Assembly (NCBI GenBank): GCA_963727835.1
Contig: CAVSIB010000016.1
Span: 20,511-84,510 of the forward strand
Length of the DNA: 64,000 nucleotides
Reading direction: 5' to 3'
From: an uncultured delta proteobacterium
GTDB lineage: Bacteria; Desulfobacterota; WTBG01; JAGOGO01
Part shown: positions 49,551 to 60,098 of the stretch, one piece after another
Layout of the letters: each line of letters opens with the position of its first letter
Numbering within the stretch: the stretch's first letter is position 1
Program-made: the position numbers and the translations under genes
Notes under the pieces: generated by a model
Databases searched by the model: none
What the model saw: only the letters and a program-made list of their open reading frames with translations
Told to the model about the DNA's origin: nothing

Positions 49551-50123
49551 ATGCTTGAACTACTTAATAATCTTGATATTAAGCTTTTTCTGTTTCTAAA
49601 TGGGTTTCATTCCCCTTTTGGGGATACGCTCATGCTTTATTTGAGCAAAACGGTGGTCTGGTTACCATTGCACCTCTTTACGATGTATTTAATTTTCAGA
49701 AAATTTCATTGGAAGGGGTTCTGGGTTCTTTTGTTTATAGCAGTGTGCGTAACCCTTACCGACATGTTGTCATTCCACGCATTCAAAGAAGTTTTTCACC
49801 GGCTACGCCCCTGTTACGATCCTTCCATTTCTCACCTGGTTCATATGGTGGGTAAAAAAGGGGGCGGACTGTATGGTTTTGTATCCTCACATGCAGCCAA
49901 CGTTTTTGGGGTGGCGATGTTTACAAGCTTTCTATTGAAAAATAAGTGGTTTATCATAATAATTTTCCTCTGGGCTTTTTGGGTTTCCTACAGCAGAATA
50001 TACCTGGGTGCTCATTTTCCGGGCGATATTGTAGGCGGGGCTTTTCTGGGTATGCTTGTTGGATGGTCTGTCTACTGGCTCCAAAAAATACTCATTGCCC
50101 AATTACCTCCCTCTAAAAAATAA
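49551..50123 (+). CDS. PAP2-family membrane phosphatase (lipid phosphate/Und-PP/lipid A phosphatase-like)
   Basis: KX6RP (KEVFHRLRP), SSH (FVSSHAANV) and SRX5HX3D-like (SRIYLGAHFPGDIVGG) acid-phosphatase motifs. ~6 TM helices. Confidence 0.8.
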   Translation: MLELLNNLDIKLFLFLNGFHSPFGDTLMLYLSKTVVWLPLHLFTMYLIFRKFHWKGFWVLLFIAVCVTLTDMLSFHAFKEVFHRLRPCYDPSISHLVHMVGKKGGGLYGFVSSHAANVFGVAMFTSFLLKNKWFIIIIFLWAFWVSYSRIYLGAHFPGDIVGGAFLGMLVGWSVYWLQKILIAQLPPSKK

Positions 50124-50392
50124 AAAAATAAGCAGTCTCCGGACAAAAAAGTACTCATGACAATTTCTGATAAGGAGCTTGATTGCCCGGGGAAATAAAA
50201 AAACAAGATACGGGTGGTGGGTAATAATATTGTGATGTACTTAAAAAAATATTGCAGTTTCAAAATCTTGAAAAAATTACACAGAGCTTTACTTGATTTT
50301 ATCCTAATACCATGAAATTATATTCTTTATAAAAGACGTAATAAAACAAACAAAACTTCATGCAAACAATAAATTAATCGAAAGCTACTTTT

Positions 50393-52045
50393 TTGTTTTT
50401 GCGAAGGATAATTGAGGTGGAGAAAAAAAGGATGGATTGTGTTTCCCAATGTTATAAAAATTTCCTATCGAAACGTGCTATTTCCCATATTCTTTGCTTT
50501 TATTTGTCAATTGGTTTTACCCTTGGTTGGCTTTTAATCTTTCCAGGTTCAACATTATCGGCCAATGCCCCCAAAGTAAAAAAACCCTTTACTTTTGAAA
50601 ATGTCGTTGCCAAAGCCCGTGATCTTGCTAACCAGTCATTTCAACTCTCGGCAGAAGAGGTTCCGGAGTTTTTGTTAAAAATCAATTACAACGCCTGGAG
50701 AAACATTCGGTTTAAACCGGAAAAAGCTCTTTGGGGAAAAGAAAAGCTTCCCTTTACTGCTCAATTCTTTCATCCTGGTTTTTATTACAACCGCCTTGTT
50801 GCCATTAATGTCGTTGAACCTTCAGGAGTAAAACAAATCCCGTTTTCTCCTGCTTTGTTTGACTATGGCAAAAATGATTTTCAAGATAAGGTTCCGCCTC
50901 ACTTGGGGTTTGCGGGGTTTCGTTTACATTACCCGATTAATACTAAAGCCTATTATGATGAAGTCGTCGTATTTCTTGGTGCCAGCTATTTTCGCGCAGT
51001 TGCTCAAAACCAGAATTATGGTCTGTCCGCCCGAGGTCTTGCAATCAACACCGCTCTGCCTAACGGAGAGGAATTCCCTTACTTTAAAGAATTCTGGCTC
51101 GTAAAACCGCCTCCTGGTGCTAAGCAAATGACGGTCTTTGCATTGCTTGACAGCCCAAGCGTAACCGGGGCGTATACTTTTATTATCGTTCCGGGAAAAG
51201 AAACCTCTATCCAAGTAAAAAGCACCCTGTTTATGCGACACAAAGTAGAAAAGCTCGGTATCGCCCCTTTAACCAGCATGTTTTTTTATGGAGAAAATAC
51301 CAGCATAAAGCCGGTTGATGATTTTCGTCCTGAAATTCATGATTCTGATGGATTGATGATCGCTCTACGCTCTGGTGAATGGCTCTGGCGCCCCTTGAAA
51401 AACCCCCGAACCCTTCTCATCAATTCCTTTATGGCTACAAACCCAATTGGTTTTGGGCTTATGCAACGTGATCTTGACTTTGATCACTACCAAGACCTTG
51501 AAGCCCACTATGAAAAACGACCCAGCACCTGGATCACCCCAATCGGTTCATGGGGCGATGGCCATATCGAACTCACCCAAATCCCGATGGATAACGAATG
51601 GAATAACAATATTATTGCTTTTTGGGTTCCCTCTGTTCAAACAGTACCAGGCCAAAAGCTTTCTTTTGCTTATACTATGAACTGGCAATTTTCTGGAGAT
51701 ATCCGTCCGCCGGATGGCCGAGTCGTTGCAACTCGAACCGCACAAGGGAAAGATGATCTTACGAAAAAATTTATTATTGATTTTGCGGGGGGAAAGCTGG
51801 AGTCGCTTCCTCCAAAAAAGAAACTCGATGCGGTGATTACGGTAGATCCGAGAGCGATACTGGTGGAACACCAGCTCATAAAAAACGAGATTACCAAGGG
51901 ATGGCGATTGGTGTTTCAAGTCCGTTTTGAAGAAGAAGGCTTGATGCAACGAATACTCACGGGTAAGAAACCTGCGCTTGAGCTGCGAGCCTTTTTAAAA
52001 GAGGGTGATAAAGTCCTTACCGAAACGTGGAGTTATGCCTATTAG
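50393..52045 (+). CDS. opgG: Periplasmic glucan biosynthesis protein OpgG/MdoG family
   Basis: Signal peptide then GFAGFRLHYPIN...VVVFLGASYFRAVAQNQNYGLSARGLAINTA...EEFPYFKEFWLVKP, the characteristic MdoG/MdoD core. Start probably at MDCV (~50432). Confidence 0.9.
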   Translation: MFLRRIIEVEKKRMDCVSQCYKNFLSKRAISHILCFYLSIGFTLGWLLIFPGSTLSANAPKVKKPFTFENVVAKARDLANQSFQLSAEEVPEFLLKINYNAWRNIRFKPEKALWGKEKLPFTAQFFHPGFYYNRLVAINVVEPSGVKQIPFSPALFDYGKNDFQDKVPPHLGFAGFRLHYPINTKAYYDEVVVFLGASYFRAVAQNQNYGLSARGLAINTALPNGEEFPYFKEFWLVKPPPGAKQMTVFALLDSPSVTGAYTFIIVPGKETSIQVKSTLFMRHKVEKLGIAPLTSMFFYGENTSIKPVDDFRPEIHDSDGLMIALRSGEWLWRPLKNPRTLLINSFMATNPIGFGLMQRDLDFDHYQDLEAHYEKRPSTWITPIGSWGDGHIELTQIPMDNEWNNNIIAFWVPSVQTVPGQKLSFAYTMNWQFSGDIRPPDGRVVATRTAQGKDDLTKKFIIDFAGGKLESLPPKKKLDAVITVDPRAILVEHQLIKNEITKGWRLVFQVRFEEEGLMQRILTGKKPALELRAFLKEGDKVLTETWSYAY

Positions 52046-52586
52046 CCATAAAACAATCAATAGCAGCAGGTCACAAACGCCTCCCCTCGATAGTTTTGGT
52101 GCCGACAACCCCACCGTTCATTGTGAGCGGAAACCCGGCTTAATTTTCCCGGACTGGCAGGAGGCTTTTCACCGAGTTTTTCTTTATCTTCAAACGCTCA
52201 ATGTCCCAGAAGACAAAGCTTTGGAACTCACTCGCGAGGCATTACGGCTTGCCAGCAGCAACCAAAGAGATACCGCCGGAAGCCTCTCCATCCCGGAAGC
52301 GATGCGTGCTCTCCGCGAGCTTTTAACAAAACAACTTTCCCTCTTAAGGAAAGAATCATTCAGCCAAAAAGACGTGTTCCTTCATGAAAATCTGAACGGA
52401 CTAAGCTCCATGCCGCCACTAAACCGGGGCTTTATGGTTCCGGATGCGATTGATTTAATCCCCTGGCTCACTTTTCTCGTCCGTTCCTTAAAAAGTGCTG
52501 TTACCATTGTTTCCCGGCCATTAATTTTTTTGATTCTTTTTATCTTTCTTCTCCTTTTGTTCGTTTTTCTTACCCTTTGGAAATAA
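52035..52586 (+). CDS. Hypothetical protein with C-terminal TM anchor, inserted between opgG and opgH
   Basis: ORF overlapping the opgG stop. Hydrophilic N-terminal ~150 aa then LIFLILFIFLLLLFVFLTLW. No family recognised. Confidence 0.4.
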   Translation: MPISHKTINSSRSQTPPLDSFGADNPTVHCERKPGLIFPDWQEAFHRVFLYLQTLNVPEDKALELTREALRLASSNQRDTAGSLSIPEAMRALRELLTKQLSLLRKESFSQKDVFLHENLNGLSSMPPLNRGFMVPDAIDLIPWLTFLVRSLKSAVTIVSRPLIFLILFIFLLLLFVFLTLWK

Positions 52587-52603
52587 TCTATTAGAGGAGG
52601 CTC

Positions 52604-54715
52604 ATGAATCAAATATTTGTCAATGCTGCCTGGGAAAAGGTTTCACGAACACGACGTATCTTCTTGATAACCATTATCCTTATTACCACTGTTGTTGCCT
52701 GCTTGTTTATGTCTAATATTCTGCCCCACAAAGGCTCTACCGGGTTGGAGGTTGCTATGGTCCTGGTTTTTGGAGCTTTATTTGCCTGGATCTCAATCGG
52801 GTTCTGGATGGCAACGGCAGGTTTTGTGACTTTGATGCGTAAGCATGATCCTTTTGCCATTACGTCTACCTGCGTAGAGAACAATCGCCAGGGGGGACTC
52901 CCCGGCCGCACCGCCATCCTGATCCCCATCTGTAATGAAGAAGTTGAACGGGTATTTGCCCGCCTGCGGATTACTTATCAGTCTCTTGAAGCAACCGGCA
53001 AGCTGCAAGATTTCGACTTCTTTATTCTCAGCGATTCGACCAATCCTGATACCTGGATTGAGGAAGAGGCTGCCTGGGCTGCGTTATGTCAAACGCTCGG
53101 AGCTGTTAATCGAATTTTTTACCGGCACCGAAGAGTTAATCTCAAGTATAAAAGTGGCAATATTGCTGATTTTTGCCGACGTTGGGGCAAGAACTACTAT
53201 TATATGATTGTTTTTGATGCGGACAGCATGATGACCGGTCACAGCCTGATCCAAATGCTTCAGGTGATGGAACAAAATCAAACCATTGGGATTCTCCAGA
53301 CCGCCCCGCTTGGGGTTAACCGAGAAAGCGCCATTGCCCGGGTCCAGCAATTTGCTAATCATGTTTACGGGCCAATTTTTGGAGCAGGTCTGAATTTTAT
53401 CCAGCTGGGGGACTCTTTCTTCTGGGGACACAATGCCATTATTCGGGTTGCTCCTTTCATGAAACACTGCTCTCTTCCTCGTCTTTCTGGCAACCCTCCT
53501 CTCGGAGGAAATATTCTCAGTCATGATTTTGTAGAAGCAGCATTGATGCGTCGAGCTGGATGGGAGGTGTGGTTAGCCTACGACCTTGAAGGCAGTTATG
53601 AGGAGATGCCCCCAACGTTGCTGGAAGAGTTGAAACGCGACCGGCGATGGTGTCAGGGGAATATTCAGCATATGCGTCTGCTTTTCTCCAAGGGCTTGTT
53701 TCCGGCCCACCGAGCCCTTTTCCTTCACGGCGCTATGGCTTATGTATCCGCGCTCCTTTGGTTTTTGTTTCTGAGCTTAAGCACTGCAGAAGCGATTGTG
53801 GAAGCAATTCGTGTGCCCGATTATTTTCCAATCATGCGGAGTCTCTTTCCCACGTGGCCGGTTTGGCATCCGCAATGGGCTTTAACCCTTTTAGCGTCAA
53901 CCGGAATAATTTTATTTTTGCCAAAATTTTTAAGCTTACTTTTAATAATTTTCCGGCAAAAACGATCCAAGGAGTTCGGGGGGATAATAAAACTGTTTTT
54001 GGGTGTTATAGCAGAGATAATTTTTTCTTTCCTGTTTGCGCCGATCAGGATGCTTTTCCACAGCAAATTCGTTTTTATAACCCTGATGGGACGGCAGGTT
54101 GGCTGGACATCGCAGCAGCGGAGCGAACACGAGACGTCCTGGTTTGAGGCGATCCGCTTTCATGGACCCGGGATGGTTTTAGGATTAATCTGGGGAACAG
54201 CCCTTTTTTTTATTAACCGGTCTTTTTTCTGGTGGAATATACCCATTATTGTTCCGCTTATCCTTTCGATTCCGCTCTCGGTATTGTCTAGCAGCATCGG
54301 TCTGGGAAAACTTTTTCAAAAAATAGGCCTCTTTCTCATCCCTGAGGAAATTAATCCTCCCCGGGAACTCCACCTCTTGCAAACGATGACGCAAAACCAA
54401 GAAACCTCTTTTGCGCCCACTTCAATTTCCGCAAAGGAAGGTTTTACCAGGGCGGTGGTGGATCCTAATATAAATGCCTTACATCGATCCTTGCTCCGAA
54501 AAAAACGAAAACTCATGCCTTCCATAATGAAGCGCCGCCAAGAACTTCTAGAAAAAGCGCTCACCCAGGGGCCAAAGACCTTAAGCCCCAAAGAAAAAAA
54601 AGAACTTTTACTCGATCCTCAGTGTCTTCTCCAACTTCACGAGCGTTTATGGGAAACCCTTGACTACACGATCGCGCAAAAGTGGGGGTTTTCCCCAGAG
54701 AGGAATTCTCTTTAG
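52604..54715 (+). CDS. opgH: Glucans biosynthesis glucosyltransferase H (GT2)
   Basis: GNIADFCRRWG..YMIVFDADSMMTG...YGPIFGAGLNFIQLGDSFFWGHNAIIRVAPFMKHC...SHDFVEAALMRRAGWEVWLAYDL.GSYEEMPPTLLEELKRDRRWCQGN is nearly collinear with E. coli MdoH. Confidence 0.93.
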   Translation: MNQIFVNAAWEKVSRTRRIFLITIILITTVVACLFMSNILPHKGSTGLEVAMVLVFGALFAWISIGFWMATAGFVTLMRKHDPFAITSTCVENNRQGGLPGRTAILIPICNEEVERVFARLRITYQSLEATGKLQDFDFFILSDSTNPDTWIEEEAAWAALCQTLGAVNRIFYRHRRVNLKYKSGNIADFCRRWGKNYYYMIVFDADSMMTGHSLIQMLQVMEQNQTIGILQTAPLGVNRESAIARVQQFANHVYGPIFGAGLNFIQLGDSFFWGHNAIIRVAPFMKHCSLPRLSGNPPLGGNILSHDFVEAALMRRAGWEVWLAYDLEGSYEEMPPTLLEELKRDRRWCQGNIQHMRLLFSKGLFPAHRALFLHGAMAYVSALLWFLFLSLSTAEAIVEAIRVPDYFPIMRSLFPTWPVWHPQWALTLLASTGIILFLPKFLSLLLIIFRQKRSKEFGGIIKLFLGVIAEIIFSFLFAPIRMLFHSKFVFITLMGRQVGWTSQQRSEHETSWFEAIRFHGPGMVLGLIWGTALFFINRSFFWWNIPIIVPLILSIPLSVLSSSIGLGKLFQKIGLFLIPEEINPPRELHLLQTMTQNQETSFAPTSISAKEGFTRAVVDPNINALHRSLLRKKRKLMPSIMKRRQELLEKALTQGPKTLSPKEKKELLLDPQCLLQLHERLWETLDYTIAQKWGFSPERNSL

Positions 54716-54836
54716 CTTTGACTTGGCTCAAGAGTTTATGGTATTTTTTCTTGCAAAGTTATTTTTTTTTTGCTAAAAGCAATGCTTTCTTTAAATCATT
54801 ATAAATTTTAGCCTTGGAAAAATATGGAGAATCACA

Positions 54837-56072
54837 ATGAGCATCAAAATTATGATCGATAAAATCAATTCAACCCCGGTGCCGAAAGTTAAAAAAGTAG
54901 CCTTGGCGTATTCTGGGGGTTTGGATTCTTCTCTGGCTGTAGCTTTGCTCAGACGAGTATATAAAGCTAAAGAGATTGTTCCCATAACCGTGGATATTGG
55001 ACAGGGAGAGGAAGAAATCATCGAAGGAAATAAAAAGGCCAAAGTTCTTGGTATCGAACCGATTATAGTGGATATGAAAAAAGAATTTACTCAGAACTGG
55101 CTTACCCGCGCTATCCATGCCAACTCTGACTATTTAGGTTATCCCGTATCAACCTCCATGACCAGGCAAATTATCGCCAGGAAAGTTGCAGAAATGGCAG
55201 TGGAAAAGGGATGTGACGCCATCGCCGAAGGGTCCACAGGAAAAGGAAATGATCAATATCGAATGCATAATGTTTTCAAGACGTTTGCCCCTGCCCTCAC
55301 CATCTTAGTGCCGGTGCGTGACTTTGATCTTACCCGTGTGGAAGAAGAAGACCTTTGCCGCCACTGGGGTGTTCCCGTAACTGAAACAATCCGCGGAGGA
55401 GATGATAAAACCATGTGGTGCCGATCTATTGCCAGCGGAGCAATTGACCTTAACCAAGCGTTGCCGGATGATGTGTGGCTGTGGTACCTCCCCCCAGAAA
55501 AAGCGCCGGATAAACCGGAAATAATCTCTCTCGAATTTAAGGAAGGCATACCGGTTGTACTGAATGGTAAGAAAAAAAAATTAGCTCAAATAATCTTTGA
55601 CCTCAATGTAATCGGGGGCCGGAATGCGGTTGGAAAAATTGATATGTTTGAGGATGGCATTATGGATATTAAGAGCCGGGAAATTTACGAAGCACCGGCA
55701 GCTACGATTATCTTGAAGCTTCATCGTGATTTAGAGCAGTTCTGCTTAACCAAAGATGAGATTCAGTATAAAAAAATGGTGGAGCAGAAGTGGGCCTATC
55801 TCGTTTATCACGGCATGGCTTATCATCCTTTACGAGCCGCTCTGGATGCGTTTTTGAAGACTACCCAAAATGTAGTGAGTGGGAAATATCAGGTGAAACT
55901 TTATAAAGGAAATATCGACATCCTTACGCGCGAATCAACCACCAGTCTTTTTGCTCCCGAGATTCGGTCAATCGCCAGTAAGAGCTTTAACCAGAAAATG
56001 TGTGCGGATGCTGCTCAAGTGAGAGGAGTTCCTTTTGAAATTCTGGCTAAACGGGGAATCATCCCGTCTTAA
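54837..56072 (+). CDS. argG: Argininosuccinate synthase
   Basis: VALAYSGGLDSS (PP-loop SGGxDS) and the argininosuccinate synthase core. Confidence 0.93.
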   Translation: MSIKIMIDKINSTPVPKVKKVALAYSGGLDSSLAVALLRRVYKAKEIVPITVDIGQGEEEIIEGNKKAKVLGIEPIIVDMKKEFTQNWLTRAIHANSDYLGYPVSTSMTRQIIARKVAEMAVEKGCDAIAEGSTGKGNDQYRMHNVFKTFAPALTILVPVRDFDLTRVEEEDLCRHWGVPVTETIRGGDDKTMWCRSIASGAIDLNQALPDDVWLWYLPPEKAPDKPEIISLEFKEGIPVVLNGKKKKLAQIIFDLNVIGGRNAVGKIDMFEDGIMDIKSREIYEAPAATIILKLHRDLEQFCLTKDEIQYKKMVEQKWAYLVYHGMAYHPLRAALDAFLKTTQNVVSGKYQVKLYKGNIDILTRESTTSLFAPEIRSIASKSFNQKMCADAAQVRGVPFEILAKRGIIPS

Positions 56073-56178
56073 TAAAGTTTCGCGTTGAGATGTTGTAGAG
56101 GCACGCGAAACCGTAAATGCAAACCCGATGAGTTGTGTTTCTCCTTATTCATCAAACATATTGAGTGGGGAACTTCCA

Positions 56179-57696
56179 TGAAGGTTGAACGGCTCTGGGG
56201 ATCAAGACTGAACCAAGCACCCGATAAAGAATTTATTAAATTTATTTCTGGCCGAGACATCCAGGGATTACCTCCCTGTGACGAGCTGCTTATCCCCTTT
56301 GACATCTGGGGCAGTCGCGCCCATACTATCATGCTCTGGAAACAGGGAATTATTTCGCAAAAAGATGCTCACTTAATCATCACGGGCCTTAAGGAAATCA
56401 ATCAATTATTTGAGCAGGACAAATTCCCTTTAGATCCCTCTAAAGAGGATGTTCACACCAACATTGAAAGCTTTCTGATCGAAAAATATGGAATTGCCGT
56501 CGGGGGGAAGCTCCATACTGCTCGAAGCCGCAATGATCAGGTTACGCTGGATATGACCCTGTTCTTGCGCGGAAAAAACCTCGATTTCTTGAAGCGGATC
56601 CTTCTTCTCGAAGATTCCATCGTAAACTTGTCAAGAACTCACGCGGAAACTATCATCCCGGGCTATACTCACCACCAACATGCCATGGTAACCACCTTTG
56701 GTCATCTTATCTTCGCTTACGGAGAATCCTTCTTCCGGGATCTCTTGCGACTTAAACACTGGCATACCCTTTTTAATGCTAACCCCTTGGGTGGTGCTGC
56801 CTCCTATGGAACCAGTTTTCCGATCGATCGGGAACTCACTTCCCAGTTGTTAGGTTTTGACCGACCATCATTAAGCTCTCTTGACCTCATAACCAACCGA
56901 TGGGAAGCTGAGACTGAGTTTGCATATGCGATCTCCACTGTTATGAACCATTTAAGTGGTTTGGCTCAGACGCTCCTTTTATTTACTACCACGGAATTCG
57001 GCTTTGTTACTTTAAGCGATCGATACTGCGGGGGAAGTTCCATCATGCCGCAGAAACGAAACCCCAGCGCCTTAGAAGTAAGCAAGGCCAAAACTGCGTT
57101 AGCGCAGGGACTATTGAGTACTCTCCTCTCGTTGAGCCGAGGATTCTTTGTAGGTTACAACCGAGACTCTCAATGGACAAAATATGTCATTATGGATTTA
57201 ATCTATGAATGCTCAGAAGCTCCGACAATCATGGCTTCAGTGCTCAACACACTCACTATCAACCAAGAGAGGGCAAAGGAACTCTGCCAAAAGGGCTTTA
57301 TTACTGCCACGGATTTGATGGAGGCCTTGGCCCATGACTTTTCTCTCCCTTTACGGCAAGCAAAGATGGTTATTGAAAGAGCGGTGAAATATTCTGCATC
57401 GCACACCGCAGAAACCGTATCCTGGGAAGGGTTTAAGGAGGGCCTTAAAAGAAATGAACCTTACCTTGGATATTTCCCCGAATTTTGTAAAGGAACAGCA
57501 AGAACCAGAAGTAGTGGTTCGCCGCCGAAAAGCGATTGGGGGCCCTGCGCCGGAAGTCTTGTTGAAAGCCGTTGATACTCTGAGATCCCACGTACAGGAC
57601 GTTAAAGTGTGGCTTGCGGAAAAAGAAAACCAGCTTCAATCATCATACAAAAGCCTGGAGGATCTTGAAAAAGGTTTATTAAACCTTACGCCATGA
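56179..57696 (+). CDS. argH: Argininosuccinate lyase; C-terminal ~75 codons in a different frame (frameshift at A4 run 57447-57450)
   Basis: MKVERLWGSRL.. and the fumarate-lyase signature GSSIMPQKRNP. The true C-terminus (AIGGPAPEVLLKAVDTLRS, matching the ArgH ...GGTAPEQV... tail) is in ORF 57454-57696. Deleting one A gives ..GLKEMNLTLDISPNF.. Confidence 0.85.
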
Positions 57697-59054
57697 CTAC
57701 CACCACCCGGCGGATTGCCCTTGAGATTCTCAATACTCTTGACAAAGAAGGAGTCCACGCTGATCAGTTCCTGGGTAAAGGATTTAAAAACAAACCCGAA
57801 TTAACCTCTCGAGAAAAAGCTTTTATTACTGAGCTGGTCTATGGTGTCCTGAGATGGCGTGATAGCATTGACTGGGTGATAAGTACTTTTTCTACGCAAC
57901 CCCACCGACCAACGAGCCGGCTCCTCCATAACTTCCTCCGGCTCGGAATCTATCAAGTGCTCTACTTAACCCACATTCCGGTTCCGATATCGGTTTCGGA
58001 AACCGTTGAAGTAGCAAAAGAAGTATTCAACGAGAAAATCGCGAAGTTGGTCAATGGCGTCCTCCGCACCGTGGAGCGCAACCGCGAGGCGCTCCCCTAC
58101 CCTTCTTTTCACGATGATCCTCGCAAGGCGATAGCGATCCAGTATTCGCATCCCTTATGGTTAGTAGAAAAATGGGTTGAACAGTATGGGGTGGAAACAA
58201 CCCTCTCCCTTTGTAAAGCTAATAATACTTCTCCACCCCTCATTATTCGCACCAATACGTTAAAAATAACCAGAGCAAAGCTGATTGAGAGCCTCCATAA
58301 GGAAGGCTTGTCCTGTGAACCAACCGCATATTCTCCCGAAGGCATCCGCGTCCATCACCCTGCTGATATTACCCGCCTTTCCTCTTTCCAAAAAGGATGG
58401 TTTTTGGTGCAAGATGAGGCTGCCCAATTAATTGCCTATTTAGTTAACCCAAAGCCCGGGGAACATCTTTTAGACCTCTGTGCAGCACCCGGAGGAAAAA
58501 CTACTCACATAGCTCAATTAATGCATAATGAGGGGCATATAATCGCAATAGATATCCGACAAGATAACACTCGTCTTCTCAAAGAAAACCAATGTCGCCT
58601 CGGGATAGGAATTATTGATCTTTTTTTGGCAGACGCTACTCGACCACTTCCCTTGTTGAAGGAAACGAGGCTCTTTGATAAGGTCCTCCTGGACATACCC
58701 TGCTCTGGCCTTGGAATCTTAAGGCGCCATCCTGATGGAAAATGGAGAAAATCGTTGGCAACCATCGCAAAACTGAAAAAAACCCAATGGGAAATTCTCA
58801 AAATTGCTTCCCAGTATGTTAAACTAGGAGGAATAATGGTTTACAGCACCTGCACGCTGAATTCTGAAGAAAACGAAGTCATGATCGAGCAATTTCTCTC
58901 GCGCCCGAGAAATGATTTCAGGGTTGAAAATCCGCTTCCTGACTTACCTCCTCACTGTTATTCTCTCATCACCGCACAAGGGTATCTCCAGACCTTTCCC
59001 CACCGGGATTTCATGGACGGTTTTTTTGGCGTGCGACTCCAGAAAAAGGGCTGA
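57693..59054 (+). CDS. rsmB: 16S rRNA (cytosine967-C5)-methyltransferase RsmB/Sun (NusB-like N-domain + SAM MTase)
   Basis: NusB-like N-terminus. MTase motifs DLCAAPGGKT, DIPCSGLG and the catalytic-Cys region VYSTCTL. Confidence 0.9.
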   Translation: MTTTTRRIALEILNTLDKEGVHADQFLGKGFKNKPELTSREKAFITELVYGVLRWRDSIDWVISTFSTQPHRPTSRLLHNFLRLGIYQVLYLTHIPVPISVSETVEVAKEVFNEKIAKLVNGVLRTVERNREALPYPSFHDDPRKAIAIQYSHPLWLVEKWVEQYGVETTLSLCKANNTSPPLIIRTNTLKITRAKLIESLHKEGLSCEPTAYSPEGIRVHHPADITRLSSFQKGWFLVQDEAAQLIAYLVNPKPGEHLLDLCAAPGGKTTHIAQLMHNEGHIIAIDIRQDNTRLLKENQCRLGIGIIDLFLADATRPLPLLKETRLFDKVLLDIPCSGLGILRRHPDGKWRKSLATIAKLKKTQWEILKIASQYVKLGGIMVYSTCTLNSEENEVMIEQFLSRPRNDFRVENPLPDLPPHCYSLITAQGYLQTFPHRDFMDGFFGVRLQKKG

Positions 59055-59055
59055 T

Positions 59056-60084
59056 TTATTTCGGCGGGTAATGCTTCTTGATTTCTTCTCTGATACATAT
59101 TAACTGCCTGATTATGTTCAGCCAGAGTAGAAGAGAAGCAGTGAGTACCATCATTCCTGGAGACAAAAAAAGGTAGTTAACATCCGCGGGATAGAGGGCC
59201 GCTTTAATCGAATCTAAGCCTGGACTTGCAATCGGCGTAGGAGGAAATCCGCAGATAAGATAGGTATTATAAGGGGTCTTTAATTTTAAATCTTCTTTGG
59301 TAAGATTGCCGTTAAAATTTTTAAGCCCAAATATTACCGTGGGATCACACTGGAGAGGCATATGGAGTTTCAATCGATTGTAAAACACTGCGGAGATAAT
59401 TGGTCGTTCTTGAGGGCAGGCCGCCTCTTTTTCAATCAGGGAAGCAAGGATTATCACTTCCCTTTGAGAAAGATTTAGTTCTTGTCCCCTTTTCTTAAAT
59501 TCTTCCCCATAAACTCCGTTAAAGCGCTGCACCATGCTTCGAATGATATTTTTCTCCCCGATGTTCCGAATAAATTTATACGTATCCGGAAAGAGATATC
59601 CTTCCAAGGTTTTTGCTTGCATCCCCAGCGAGGCGATAAAGTTTGGATTATTCGCCAGGTTAATAAATCGATTTTTTTCAGCCATCCCCAGTTTTTCATA
59701 TAGGGCAGCTATTTGCGCAATCGTCAACCCTTCCGGAATAGTAATACTGTAGTTGATTTGCTCTCCCCGAATTAATTTATTCAAAACCTCATGGGGAAGC
59801 ATCCGGTTGGTGAGTTGATATTCCCCAGATTTTATCTGTGTATCCGCCCTCAGACTCCGGACCAAGAGATTAAAAAGAGTTTGACTGCGGATGATGCCTT
59901 TCGAGAAAAGAAGATGAGTTACCTCATGCAGACTTATCCCCGGGGGTATCGTAATTACTTCAACAACCTCCATTTGCGGGGGAGGGGGAGCTGCAAATGA
60001 TAATAATATCCCGATGAGAGCAGGAATCCCCAAAGTCAGAATTAAACACGTAGTATTAGTAAAAACCTTTTTCATCGTGAGCAA
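59056..60084 (-). CDS. mltG: Endolytic murein transglycosylase MltG (YceG-like)
   Basis: N-terminal TM, then the YceG-like domain with LIEKEAACPQERPIISAVFYNRLK..MPLQCDPTVIFG. Confidence 0.9.
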   Translation of the reverse strand: MLTMKKVFTNTTCLILTLGIPALIGILLSFAAPPPPQMEVVEVITIPPGISLHEVTHLLFSKGIIRSQTLFNLLVRSLRADTQIKSGEYQLTNRMLPHEVLNKLIRGEQINYSITIPEGLTIAQIAALYEKLGMAEKNRFINLANNPNFIASLGMQAKTLEGYLFPDTYKFIRNIGEKNIIRSMVQRFNGVYGEEFKKRGQELNLSQREVIILASLIEKEAACPQERPIISAVFYNRLKLHMPLQCDPTVIFGLKNFNGNLTKEDLKLKTPYNTYLICGFPPTPIASPGLDSIKAALYPADVNYLFLSPGMMVLTASLLLWLNIIRQLICIREEIKKHYPPK

Positions 60085-60098
60085 GGATAGGCGAAAAA

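Noticed and set aside
54716-54836. Looked for ARG-box operator palindromes upstream of argG.
   Set aside because: Only generic AT-rich sequence. No convincing 18-bp TGAAT...ATTCA-type box.
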